Source: a bacterium (lineage in GTDB: Bacteria > Hinthialibacterota > Hinthialibacteria > Hinthialibacterales > Hinthialibacteraceae). From it: 40,079 nt of DNA. Of the stretch, positions 9,813-20,083 are shown piece after piece; the first letter of the stretch is position 1; each line of letters opens with the position of its first letter. The translations under genes were made by a program, and so were the position numbers. The notes below the pieces were generated by a model. It had not been told where the DNA came from, made no database searches, and saw only the letters and a program-made list of their open reading frames with translations. The DNA is taken from positions 1-40,079 of the forward strand of contig JBHGBC010000043.1 of assembly GCA_041946805.1 (NCBI GenBank), given 5' to 3'.

Positions 9813-10129
9813 CTACTTCCTCCCCGCCGCACGAAAAACGATTATTTTACATGAATAATTATCATTGTATAGCAATTTCACAGAAAAATCCAGAAGTTTT
9901 TTACACTCATCTCACCTGAATATTCCCGGTGGGAAAACCCCGCCGCTGAGGGGGGAAACCTGCACGGTCTTCCGGAACACCCTGGAGGCGGAGGGCTGGT
10001 TTGTCCCTTTATGGATTCCCGCTCAAAAGCTCTTGATCGATCGCTATTTTTTTATAATCATGGCATTCGGCCATGGGCTTGAATCGGGAGACGTGTATCC
10101 GGAAGGGTATCCAGAACGGCATTCAGGGC

Positions 10130-13100
10130 ATGAACACAAGCATTTCGATTTTTGCGGCTCTCCAGGATTTCGCGGAGGCCGTCACCGCCAAGATGGCCCA
10201 GCTCACTCTGGGTGAACCGGAAGACCAGCTGCGGGGCCCGTTTGAACAACTCATGGCGGACACGGCCCGCTCCCTGGGCTGGAATATCGTCTGCACCGGG
10301 GAAACGCCCTTGCCCGGCCGCTTGGGCCGCCCCGATTACGCGGTGCATCTCAATCAACTCCTGGCCGGGTATGTGGAACTCAAGGCCCCCGGGATGGGAG
10401 CCAACACCGCCCGCTTCAAAGGCCACAACCGGAATCAGTGGAAACGTTTTTCCGCCATCCCCAATATCCTTTACACCGACGGCAACGAATGGGCGCTCTA
10501 TCGCGGCGGCCAGCTCGTGGACTCGATCGTCCGCCTGGCTGGAGACGTAGCCGCGGATGGCAAAAAAGCCGTGACGCCCGCCAACGCCCACGCCATCGAA
10601 CGAATCTTGCGGGATTATTTCTCGTGGGAGCCTATCATTCCCACCGGCCGCAACGGCCAGATCGACCTCCAGGGTTTTGCCGGATTGCTGGCTCCACTTT
10701 GCGGAATGCTGCGCGGCGACGTGGCCGAGGCCTTGGCTCGTCCCGAATCGCCTTTGGTTCAACTGGCTCAGGACTGGCGGCAATCCCTTTTCGGTGACGC
10801 CTCGGACGAGCAATTCGCCGACGCTTATGCCCAAACGATTACGTTCGGCCTTCTCTTGGGGAGAGCCGAAGGCGCGGGCGATCCTTTCTCGGCGCACAGC
10901 GCCTATCAGGCATTGAACAGACACTATTCCCTTTTGAGCCGGACCGTGGCCTTGTTGACGGACTTTCAAGTCAAAGGCGAGATGGCGGCTTCGATCCACT
11001 TATTAGAGCGTGTCATCGCCGCCGCCCCACCGGCTACTCTCTCCGGTCCCGAGAATACATGGCTTTATTTCTACGAGGAATTTCTGGCGGTCTATGATCC
11101 CAAACTGCGCAAGGACGCCGGCGCTTACTATACGCCCGTCGAAGTCGTGCGCGCCCAGGTCCGCCTGGTTGATGATCTGCTCGTTCATCGCCTCAACAAG
11201 CCATTGGGCTTCGCCGACCCCGGCGTCGTCACACTGGATCCCGCCGCGGGCACGGGCACTTACTTGCTGGGCGTCATCGAACACGCCTTGGGCCGTATCG
11301 AGGAACAACAGGGCGCGGGGGCGGTCGCCGGCCAGGCCACCACACTGGCCGCCAATCTATACGGTTTCGAGTTAATGGTGGGTCCTTACGCCGTGACCGA
11401 ACTGCGTGTCAGCCGCGCGCTGCTTGACCGCGGCGCGGTGCTGCCCGCGGACGGCACGCATATCTACCTGACCGACACACTGGAAAGCCCCCACACCGAG
11501 CCGCCCCAACTACCGCTCTTCCTGCGGCCCATCGCCGAGCAGCACGCCAAGGCGCTCAAGGTCAAAAGCAAGGTTCCTGTCATTGTCTGCCTGGGCAATC
11601 CCCCCTACGACCGCCACGAGGCGGCGGATAGCGGCAATAAGGCCCGTACCGGCGGTTGGGTGCGCTGGGGTGACAGCGAGAAGGGGACGGATGCGATTTT
11701 CCGCGACTTCATAGAACCCGTCATTGCCGCCGGCCATGGCGTTCATGTCAAGAATCTCTATAATCTTTACGTTTATTTTTGGCGCTGGGCGCTGTGGAAA
11801 GTTTTCGAGCAACCGGCCGCTCCCGGTTCAGGAATCGTTAGTTTCATCAGCGCGTCGAGCTACCTCGAGGGCGATGCCTTCAGCGGGATGCGCGAGCACC
11901 TGCGCCGTGTTAGCGATGAAATCTGGATTCTCGACCTCGGCGGAGAAGGGCGTGGCACGCGCAAGAGCGACAATGTCTTCGCCATCCAGACACCGGTCGC
12001 CATCGCCGTGGTCATGCGCGCCAAGAAAACGAAGAAAAACCAGCCCGCCAAGGTCCATTACGCCCGCATCGAAGGGACGCGCGAGGCCAAACTCGCCGCA
12101 CTGGACGCCATTACCGGCTTCACTTCCGTGAAATGGCAAGATTGCCCTTCCGATTGGCAGGCTCCCTTCCGGCCCGCGGGCAAGGGCGATTACTTCCACT
12201 GGCCGCTCCTGACCGATCTGATGCCTTGGCAACACTCGGGTGCCCAGTTCAAAAGGACATGGCCCATCTGTCCTGAACAAAATACTTTGAAGAAAAGATG
12301 GCGGGCGTTGTTGAACTCAGAAAATATGGCCAAGGCCTTTCGAGAAACGCGGGACCGGAAAATTGCGTCCCCCTGTCCTCTAGTGCCGCCCAATGGGAAT
12401 GGTGATAAATCGCTCAAATCACTTTCCAAATATTCGCAAGAGCCTCAAATTGTACGCTATGCCTACCGCTCTTTTGATCGCCAATGGGTATTCGCCGATA
12501 ACCGCCTGGGCGATTATTTGCGCCCCGATCTCTGGCACGCCCATGGACCGAAACAGGTCTATATTACGAGTCTGTTTAACCATCCCCTGGGTGGCGGGCC
12601 CGCATTGACGGCTTGTAGCCTGATTCCTGACCTTCATCATTTTCGCGGTTCCTTCGGAGGTAAAGATATTCTTCCCCTTTACCGTGACGCCGGGGCGTCG
12701 GAAGCGAATATCCTGCCCGGTTTGTTGGAACGGCTCGGCGAAACCTATCACCGCTCCGTCTCCCCGGAAGATTTTCTCGCTTATGTCTATGGCGTGCTGG
12801 CGCAACCGGCTTTCACGGCCCGGTACGCGCAAGAACTGGAGACACGCGAGCTGCGCGTGCCCATCACCCAAAATCCCGTGCTGTTCGAACAGGTCCGCGC
12901 CGCCGGCGCGCGTTTGTTGTGGCTGCACACCTACGGCGAGCGATTCGTCCCCAAGAGAAAAACGCGTGGTCAGGTTCCCCCGGGCGTGGCGAGATGCACC
13001 AAGGCGGTTCCGGGTGATCCAGACGGCTATCCGGAGGCGTTCAGCTATAATGATGCCATGCAAACGCTGCGCGTCGGCGAGGGTGAATTCCGCCCCGTCG

Positions 13101-13438
13101 CCCGCGAGGTCTTCGAATTCCAGGTTTCGGGACTCAAACCCGTGCAATCGTGGCTCAAATACCGCATGAAGAAAGGCGCGGGCAAGAAATCCTCGCCGCT
13201 CGACGACATCCGCCCCGAAGTCTGGACCAGCCAGTTCACCACCGAATTGCTCGAATTGCTCTGGATTCTCGAGGCGACCGTCGCTGGATACCCCGAACAG
13301 GCGCAACTACTGGAAGCCGTCACGGCCGGCGAGTGCTTCCAGGCCGGCGAATTTCCGAAGGTCAGCGCGGATTGGCGTAAACCCCCCTCCGTGCAAAATC
13401 CAGATTGGGGTCTGTTTGATTGGAATAACGAGAGCTAA
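10130..13438 (+). CDS. Single-chain Type IIG-like restriction-modification enzyme (PD-(D/E)xK nuclease + N6-adenine MTase + Type ISP-like specificity domain, no helicase)
   Basis: N-terminal GRPDYAV...GYVELKAP nuclease motif. Gamma-class MTase motifs GAYYTP, LDPAAGTGTY and GNPPY. C-terminal Type ISP-type TRD motifs YAYRSFDRQW and YVYGVL...RVP. The ORF could start at 10073. Confidence 0.88.
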   Translation: MNTSISIFAALQDFAEAVTAKMAQLTLGEPEDQLRGPFEQLMADTARSLGWNIVCTGETPLPGRLGRPDYAVHLNQLLAGYVELKAPGMGANTARFKGHNRNQWKRFSAIPNILYTDGNEWALYRGGQLVDSIVRLAGDVAADGKKAVTPANAHAIERILRDYFSWEPIIPTGRNGQIDLQGFAGLLAPLCGMLRGDVAEALARPESPLVQLAQDWRQSLFGDASDEQFADAYAQTITFGLLLGRAEGAGDPFSAHSAYQALNRHYSLLSRTVALLTDFQVKGEMAASIHLLERVIAAAPPATLSGPENTWLYFYEEFLAVYDPKLRKDAGAYYTPVEVVRAQVRLVDDLLVHRLNKPLGFADPGVVTLDPAAGTGTYLLGVIEHALGRIEEQQGAGAVAGQATTLAANLYGFELMVGPYAVTELRVSRALLDRGAVLPADGTHIYLTDTLESPHTEPPQLPLFLRPIAEQHAKALKVKSKVPVIVCLGNPPYDRHEAADSGNKARTGGWVRWGDSEKGTDAIFRDFIEPVIAAGHGVHVKNLYNLYVYFWRWALWKVFEQPAAPGSGIVSFISASSYLEGDAFSGMREHLRRVSDEIWILDLGGEGRGTRKSDNVFAIQTPVAIAVVMRAKKTKKNQPAKVHYARIEGTREAKLAALDAITGFTSVKWQDCPSDWQAPFRPAGKGDYFHWPLLTDLMPWQHSGAQFKRTWPICPEQNTLKKRWRALLNSENMAKAFRETRDRKIASPCPLVPPNGNGDKSLKSLSKYSQEPQIVRYAYRSFDRQWVFADNRLGDYLRPDLWHAHGPKQVYITSLFNHPLGGGPALTACSLIPDLHHFRGSFGGKDILPLYRDAGASEANILPGLLERLGETYHRSVSPEDFLAYVYGVLAQPAFTARYAQELETRELRVPITQNPVLFEQVRAAGARLLWLHTYGERFVPKRKTRGQVPPGVARCTKAVPGDPDGYPEAFSYNDAMQTLRVGEGEFRPVAREVFEFQVSGLKPVQSWLKYRMKKGAGKKSSPLDDIRPEVWTSQFTTELLELLWILEATVAGYPEQAQLLEAVTAGECFQAGEFPKVSADWRKPPSVQNPDWGLFDWNNES

Positions 13439-13454
13439 ATGAACCGGGATTACA

Positions 13455-13784
13455 TTACCGCTTCGGTAACTTCCCCCCCTTCCCCCGCCTCTCCCCCAGC
13501 GTGTTCCGTTCCCAAAACACGCCGTCTTCATACCCCTGGATGGCGGGATTCGACTCCGCGAGATGGAGCCGCTTTTCCGCCAGGCAGGAGTACGTTTCAT
13601 CGATTTCGATCCCCACGTACCGGCGTCCCAATTTTTTGGCCACGACTGAGGTTGTGCCCGAACCCAGGAAGGGATCCAACACGACGTCGCCCGGATTGGA
13701 GCTGGCGAGGATGATCTTGGCCATCAACTTCTCCGGCTTCTGGGTGGGGTGGTCCGTGTTCTCGGGCATGGACCAGAAGGGGAT
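13455..13784 (-). pseudogene. 3' remnant (motifs X-I-III, SAM-binding half) of a beta-class N4/N6 DNA methyltransferase
   Basis: [20 protein letters not shown]...DPFLGSGTT...GVFWERNTL aligns to the C-terminus of the 14462-15460 MTase (80/96 aa identical by my manual count) but uses GC-rich codons. It lacks the DPPY catalytic motif and the TRD, and has no SD. Confidence 0.85.
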
Positions 13785-13787
13785 GTA

Positions 13788-14450
13788 TTACTCAGGTCTT
13801 GATAACCACTTTTTTTTGAGATTTTCAAAATAAATTACTCGTTTTGAGATTTTCTCGATTTCTTTTGGATAAAACTCCAATAGATTATCACAAAGCTCCA
13901 ACATCCATTTTTTTCTAGAATATTTTTCTTTAATATCGATATAATTCGAATTAGCTATCTGTATTTGACCTCATCCAAGAGCTCCTATAGTAAGACAATT
14001 CCAATCCAGAAATTCAATAGGTATAAAATGGACATTATTAACATTGATATGAATATCTGTTATGTCATATTGAACCATTAATAAAACAAAATAATTACGA
14101 TCGTTTTCATAAAATCTTGCCAATCTTTCTACCGAAGTTAAATTAGGCATATTAAATTTAGTGCTTGTGCGATGGGTTTTGACATCGACAACATAATAAA
14201 AATCATTAACATCTTCAAAAGCCAAGTCAGCCATTGCCCTTCTGGCAAAATCGGATGAATAGTTTTTACAAAAATCTATACCAAGAATTGTATTGAATTT
14301 TTCCGCGAGTATGATTTGGATAGCGTCGCCCACTGCTCTCGTGCTCTTCGCTGTGCTGTCGGATAAAAAATCGCGATGCTGATTTAGATAATTTTTTATA
14401 TTACTTTCAACAGACTTGTATTTCTCGGTGAAGAATAAATTACTTTTCAT
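13788..14450 (-). pseudogene. Type II PD-(D/E)xK restriction endonuclease interrupted by an in-frame TGA (220 codons if read through)
   Basis: Directly downstream of the MTase. Nuclease motif MADLAF...VVDVKTH. After the TGA at 13971-13973 the same frame continues 60 sense codons (GQIQIANSNYIDIKEKYSRKKWMLELCDNLLEFYPKEIEKISKRVIYFENLKKKWLSRPE) to TAA at 13788-13790. Confidence 0.78.
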
Positions 14451-14461
14451 TATTTTGCTTT

Positions 14462-15460
14462 CTATATATTAAATAAAGGTGTTTCAACTTGTCCTTTTGA
14501 ATTCTGCTTCGCATTATATCTAATTTGATCATTTAACGTGTTCCTTTCCCAAAAAACACCATCTAGATAACCTTGGATTGAGCGATCATATTCGGCCATT
14601 TTAAGTCTTTTTTCGGCAAGGCAACAATAAAGTTCATTTATTTCAATTCCAACGTATTTTCGGTCTAGTTTTTTAGCAACTACAGAGGTTGTGCCAGAAC
14701 CAAGGAATGGATCCAAAACAACATCACCGGGTGAAGAATTCGCCAATATAATTTTTGCTAATAATTTCTCGGGCTTTTGAGTAGGATGGTCAGTATTCTC
14801 TGGCATGGACCAAAATGGGACTGTTAAATCAGTCCATAAATTAGAGGGATGTGTTATACGATAGTTACCACTCTCGGATTTTTCCCAGTCTTTTGGCTTC
14901 CCATCATGCTGTGTATATGGAGCCAGGACTTTTCTCTTCATTTTCACATTTTCCAAATTGAACGCATAGTCATCGGAAACTGTGAAAAACCAAATATCTT
15001 CTAAGCAATTTTTCCAATTTTTTAATGCGCCTCGCCCCTTTTCCCTTTCCCACGTTATTCTATTCCGGACTTTAAAATATTTTCTACCTATTTCGAATAT
15101 TGCCGATGAGGATCTCCAATCAGCACAAATATAAATGGATGCGTTGGATTTCAATAGTGGTAATAATAATGAAATCCAGCCATCAATCCAATTTGCATAA
15201 TCATCTAAGTCAATTTTCTTGAAATTATGTTGATTAAAGTGTTTATCAAGATTATAAGGTGGATCAATAAAAAGAAGATCAACAAAATTGCTTGGGAGGT
15301 ACCTAATTGCTTCATATAAATCTTGGCATATCGTTTTATTCAAGATATCTTTAATATCCGTCATCCTCTCCAAGACAACAAGATTACTTTTATAATCAAA
15401 TATTTCATTTTCGGAAAGGGTTATTGTTCGATTTCTTGGAGCTCTTGATTTACTATTCAT
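14462..15460 (-). CDS. Site-specific DNA methyltransferase, beta class (N4-C/N6-A)
   Basis: FIDPPYN (motif IV) precedes HPTQKP and [10 protein letters not shown] (motif I). AT-rich codon usage unlike the host. Confidence 0.95.
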   Translation of the reverse strand: MNSKSRAPRNRTITLSENEIFDYKSNLVVLERMTDIKDILNKTICQDLYEAIRYLPSNFVDLLFIDPPYNLDKHFNQHNFKKIDLDDYANWIDGWISLLLPLLKSNASIYICADWRSSSAIFEIGRKYFKVRNRITWEREKGRGALKNWKNCLEDIWFFTVSDDYAFNLENVKMKRKVLAPYTQHDGKPKDWEKSESGNYRITHPSNLWTDLTVPFWSMPENTDHPTQKPEKLLAKIILANSSPGDVVLDPFLGSGTTSVVAKKLDRKYVGIEINELYCCLAEKRLKMAEYDRSIQGYLDGVFWERNTLNDQIRYNAKQNSKGQVETPLFNI

Positions 15461-15678
15461 AGTAATAATCCTGATATTAGTGCATATATAGCCGATTTAC
15501 TTCGGTAAAATTATTACATTCATGAAATAGAAACTAAAACAAAAATAGGTCCCTCCTCATTCTTTTTCCACATGATAGGGATTATCTGTTTAATTTTCAA
15601 GGAAAAAGTGTTGCGCCTGCGAGCCTTTTTTAGTTTCCTTATTGGGAATACGGAGAGAAGGAGGCTATTGAAATTAAC

Positions 15679-15749
15679 AGGCGGCGCCCGGATTCGAACC
15701 GGGGATCGAGAATTTGCAGTCCTCTGCCTTACCACTTGGCTACGCCGCC
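15679..15749 (-). tRNA. tRNA-Cys (GCA), CCA not encoded
   Basis: GGCGGCG TAGCCAAGTGGTAAGGC A GAGGA-CT GCA AA-TTCTC GATC CCCGG TTCGAAT CCGGG CGCCGCC T forms a full cloverleaf with a U73 discriminator typical of tRNA-Cys. Confidence 0.97.
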
Positions 15750-15813
15750 AGGGGAAGACCGGTCATGGAAAAGGGGCGTGATGGGTTGCCAGGATCATCA
15801 CGCCCGGATTCTT

Positions 15814-15841
15814 ATTGTAGAGGGGATGGCCGGGCTGTCAA
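15814..15841 (-). promoter_or_regulatory. Sigma70 promoter of tRNA-Cys
   Basis: Minus strand TTGACA-16 nt-TACAAT, about 65 nt upstream of the tRNA. A 16-bp spacer is common in stable-RNA promoters. Confidence 0.75.
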
Positions 15842-15976
15842 CCGGCGCTCTTTTCCCCATCCCGCCCCCCGGCCGATCCGTCTCCCGCCTCCATCCGGCC
15901 TCGCCGCGCCTTCACCGGAAGGGCGGGGCGTTGTAGACTACGCCATTACATTCCAAAACCGGGGGTTGTTACGTCC

Positions 15977-17278
15977 ATGGCCTTGCGCGTCGGCTTGATC
16001 GGATTCGGGACCGTGGGTTCGGGCGCGGTGAAAACCTTGCTCGCCAATTCCACGCAAATCCGCCGGCGGGCCGGGACCGAGATCACGCTCCAGGCCATCG
16101 CCGACCTGGATTGGGAAACCGACCGGGGGGTGGATGTCTCGCGCGTCCAATGCACCACCGACGCCTGGGAACTGATCCGCGATCCGGAACTCGACGTGAT
16201 CGTGGAACTGGTGGGCGGAACCACCATCGCCAAGGATTTCGTCCTGGGCGCGCTGGCGCATAATAAAGACGTGGTCACCGCCAACAAGGCCCTCCTGGCC
16301 GCGCATGGGGCGGAGCTGTTCCGGACCGCCGACCGGCATGGGCGCAAGATCCACTTCGAAGGCTCCGTGGGCGGCGGCATCCCCATCATCCAGTCCCTGT
16401 ACGGCGGCCTGGCCGCGGCGCGCATCCGGGAGATCCACGCCATCATCAACGGGACCAGCAACTACATCCTGACGCAGATGGGCGAGCACGGACGGCCCTT
16501 CGACACGGTGCTGCGCGAGGCGCAAAAACTGGGCTACGCCGAGCTGGACCCCTCTTACGACGTGGACGGCAACGACGCCGCCCATAAGATCGTGGTGCTG
16601 GCCTCCCTCTGTTTCGGCACGGCGATCAACCTGGACGATGTCTACACCCAGGGCATCCGGGACATCACGGTGGAGGACATCCGCTACGGCGAAAAACTGG
16701 GCTACCGGTTGAAACTCCTGGCCATCGCCAAGGATCTGGACGGCGAGGTGGAGGTCCGGGTGCATCCCACCTTCATCCCCAAAAGTCAGCTGCTGGCCTG
16801 GGTCCACGGGGTGTTCAACGCGGTCAACACCTACGCCGAGGGGCTGGGATCCACCATTCTCTACGGCCGGGGGGCCGGCGACCTGCCCACCGGCCACGCC
16901 GTGGTCAGCGACTTGATCCAATGCGCGCGGGACACCCTGGCGCGCCGGCCGGCCGATTACGCCAATTTCTATACCCCGGCCAAATCCCTGCGTCCCATGA
17001 GCGAGGTGATCGCCGAGTATTACCTGCGCTTCGTGGTGCAAGACCAGCCCCGCGTCCTGGCCAAGATCGCGGGCATTCTGGGCGAACATAACATCAGCAT
17101 CCTGTCCGTCTTGCAGACCGAGGCGAGCCGGGACAACGTCTGCCCCATCGTGATCATGACCCACAAGGCGCGCGAAGGCGACATGTTGCACGCGCTGAGT
17201 CAAATCGAGGAACTGGACGTGGTCATGGCGGCGCCCAAACTGATCCGTTTGGAACACATGAATCCTCAACGAGGCTGA
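15977..17278 (+). CDS. hom: Homoserine dehydrogenase with C-terminal ACT domain
   Basis: GLIGFGTVG, VVTANKALLA, FEGSVGGGIP, INGTSNYIL, EAQKLGYAE.DP..DVDG.DAAHK, YGRGAG and an ACT domain (DQPRVLAKIA). Confidence 0.97.
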   Translation: MALRVGLIGFGTVGSGAVKTLLANSTQIRRRAGTEITLQAIADLDWETDRGVDVSRVQCTTDAWELIRDPELDVIVELVGGTTIAKDFVLGALAHNKDVVTANKALLAAHGAELFRTADRHGRKIHFEGSVGGGIPIIQSLYGGLAAARIREIHAIINGTSNYILTQMGEHGRPFDTVLREAQKLGYAELDPSYDVDGNDAAHKIVVLASLCFGTAINLDDVYTQGIRDITVEDIRYGEKLGYRLKLLAIAKDLDGEVEVRVHPTFIPKSQLLAWVHGVFNAVNTYAEGLGSTILYGRGAGDLPTGHAVVSDLIQCARDTLARRPADYANFYTPAKSLRPMSEVIAEYYLRFVVQDQPRVLAKIAGILGEHNISILSVLQTEASRDNVCPIVIMTHKAREGDMLHALSQIEELDVVMAAPKLIRLEHMNPQRG

Positions 17279-17302
17279 AACCTCGGATTATCATCTGAAC
17301 CC

Positions 17303-18517
17303 ATGAAATACATCATCGCGATCCCCGACGGCGCGAGCGACCAGCTCAGCGCGTACCCGGAAGGCAATACCCCGCTCCGGATGGCCGCCACCCCCACCAT
17401 GGACGAATTGGCCGACCGCTCCCTGGCGGCCTGGGCCAAGACCGTCCCCGATCCCTGCCCGCCGGGCAGCGACGTGGCCTGCCTCTCCATCTTCGGCTAC
17501 GATCCCGCCCGCATGTACAGCGGCCGCGCGCCGTTGGAAGCGGCCAACATGGGCATCGATCTCGAGAACCGGGCGGCCTTCCGCTGCAACCTGGTGACCG
17601 TCGAAAACGGACGGATGAAGGAATTCACCGCCGGACACATCTCCACGCCGGAAGCGGGGGAATTGATCACGGCGCTCAACGAAGCGCTGGGGACGGACCG
17701 TCTGCGGTTTTACACCGGCGTGCAATACCGCCACATCCTGACCGCGCCGGTGGAGTACCTCAACGTGCGCTGCACGCCCCCGCACGACATTCTGGATCAG
17801 GAAACCGCGCCCCATCTCCCCGCGGGACCGGCCGGGCCGATGATCCTGGACCTGATGGAGCGCTCCCGGGCCGTGCTGGCCGGCCACCCGGTCAATCAAA
17901 AGCGGGTGGAGGCCGGAAAGCCGCCGGCCACGCAGATCTGGCTGTGGGGACAAGGCTCGAAACCGGCGCTGACGCCCTACCGGGAGCGGTGCGGCCTGGA
18001 AGGCGGCGTGATTTCGGCCGTGGACCTGGTGCGGGGCATCGGGCGGTTGGCGGGGCTGGAGGTCATCGTGGTCCCGGGCGCGACCGGCCTCATGGACACC
18101 AACTACGAAGGCAAGGCGGAAGCGGCCCTGGAAGTGCTCGGACGCAAGCCGTTCGTGTGCGTCCACGTGGAGGCCACCGATGAAATGGGCCACGCGGGCG
18201 ACGCCGCCCGCAAAACCCAAGCCATCGCGGATTTCGATCAACGCCTGCTGCGGCCTCTGGTCGATGGCCTGCGGCGGCGGAACGATCCGTTCCGGCTGCT
18301 GGTGCTGCCCGATCATCCCACGCCCATCGCCCTGCGGACCCACGCCAAGGAACCGGTCCCGTTTTTCCTCCACGACAGCCGCGATCCGGCGCGCCGGGGC
18401 GAGGGCGGGTATTCGGAATGGACGGTGCGCCAACGCACCCGCCAACTCGTGACCGGACACCGCCTGATCGATTTGCTGTCCGAACAGGCCACGTTGGAAG
18501 AGATTCTTATCCTGTAG
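17303..18517 (+). CDS. apgM: ApgM-family cofactor-independent phosphoglycerate mutase / proposed homoserine kinase
   Basis: IPDGASD, PGSDVACLSIFGYDP...YSGRAPLEAA, AFRCNLVT, HVEATDEMGHAGD and PDHPTP...RTH. Located between hom and ask. Confidence 0.88.
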   Translation: MKYIIAIPDGASDQLSAYPEGNTPLRMAATPTMDELADRSLAAWAKTVPDPCPPGSDVACLSIFGYDPARMYSGRAPLEAANMGIDLENRAAFRCNLVTVENGRMKEFTAGHISTPEAGELITALNEALGTDRLRFYTGVQYRHILTAPVEYLNVRCTPPHDILDQETAPHLPAGPAGPMILDLMERSRAVLAGHPVNQKRVEAGKPPATQIWLWGQGSKPALTPYRERCGLEGGVISAVDLVRGIGRLAGLEVIVVPGATGLMDTNYEGKAEAALEVLGRKPFVCVHVEATDEMGHAGDAARKTQAIADFDQRLLRPLVDGLRRRNDPFRLLVLPDHPTPIALRTHAKEPVPFFLHDSRDPARRGEGGYSEWTVRQRTRQLVTGHRLIDLLSEQATLEEILIL

Positions 18518-18540
18518 ATCCGAGGTGGAACCAGGTCATC

Positions 18541-19785
<1,245 letters not shown>

Positions 19786-19942
19786 AAATGCGCCGCGAAG
19801 AAGAAGAAAATGACTGGTTAAATCCCTCCCGGGAAGATATACTATAATTTATTTGGGAGAGAGTCGGATCCAATTTCGCGGTTTGACCCGTAACTTTTGA
19901 TTACCATAGAAGATCAATCCGGGCGGATACGGCCGGAAAGGG

Positions 19943-19969
19943 AAGGGGGATTTTTGAGGCCCCCTTTTT
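19943..19969 (+). terminator. Possible intrinsic terminator after hom-apgM-ask
   Basis: AAGGGGG-10 nt-CCCCCTT followed by a T run. The stem is short and the loop large. Confidence 0.35.
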
Positions 19970-20083
19970 CTATCTATGGACTATCGGTTGGAATGCCCAG
20001 CGGAAAATGCGTGAGAGAGTGATGTATCCGAATCCCGCTGATGAAACCACGGCCGTCTCGGCGGCCGGACATGGGATCCTGCT

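Larger units (their letters stand above)
10073..15678. mobile_element. tRNA-Cys-associated restriction-modification (defence) island, no integrase visible
   Basis: Contains only RM genes and fragments. It abuts the tRNA-Cys 3' end. The AT-rich segment 13786-15678 begins right after the tRNA discriminator base. The left boundary is approximate. Confidence 0.55.

Noticed and set aside
9983..9991. TGGAGGCGG near the island's left edge as a possible att copy of the tRNA-Cys 3' end plus CCA
   Set aside because: Only 9 nt long. An even longer match occurs inside the S8 coding region (about 20931), so it is expected by chance.
13971..13973. TGA as selenocysteine or as evidence of a code 4/25 donor
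   Set aside because: No SECIS-like hairpin is evident in the AT-rich downstream sequence. The other Trp codons I checked in the cassette are TGG, and the 332-aa MTase has no internal TGA. A point nonsense mutation is simpler.
13786..15678. AT-rich RM unit as an integron cassette
   Set aside because: No attC-like RYYYAAC...GTTRRRY inverted structure at its ends and no IntI.
15520..15998. Short ORFs overlapping tRNA-Cys and its promoter
   Set aside because: They are explained by the tRNA and intergenic sequence and show no protein-like features.
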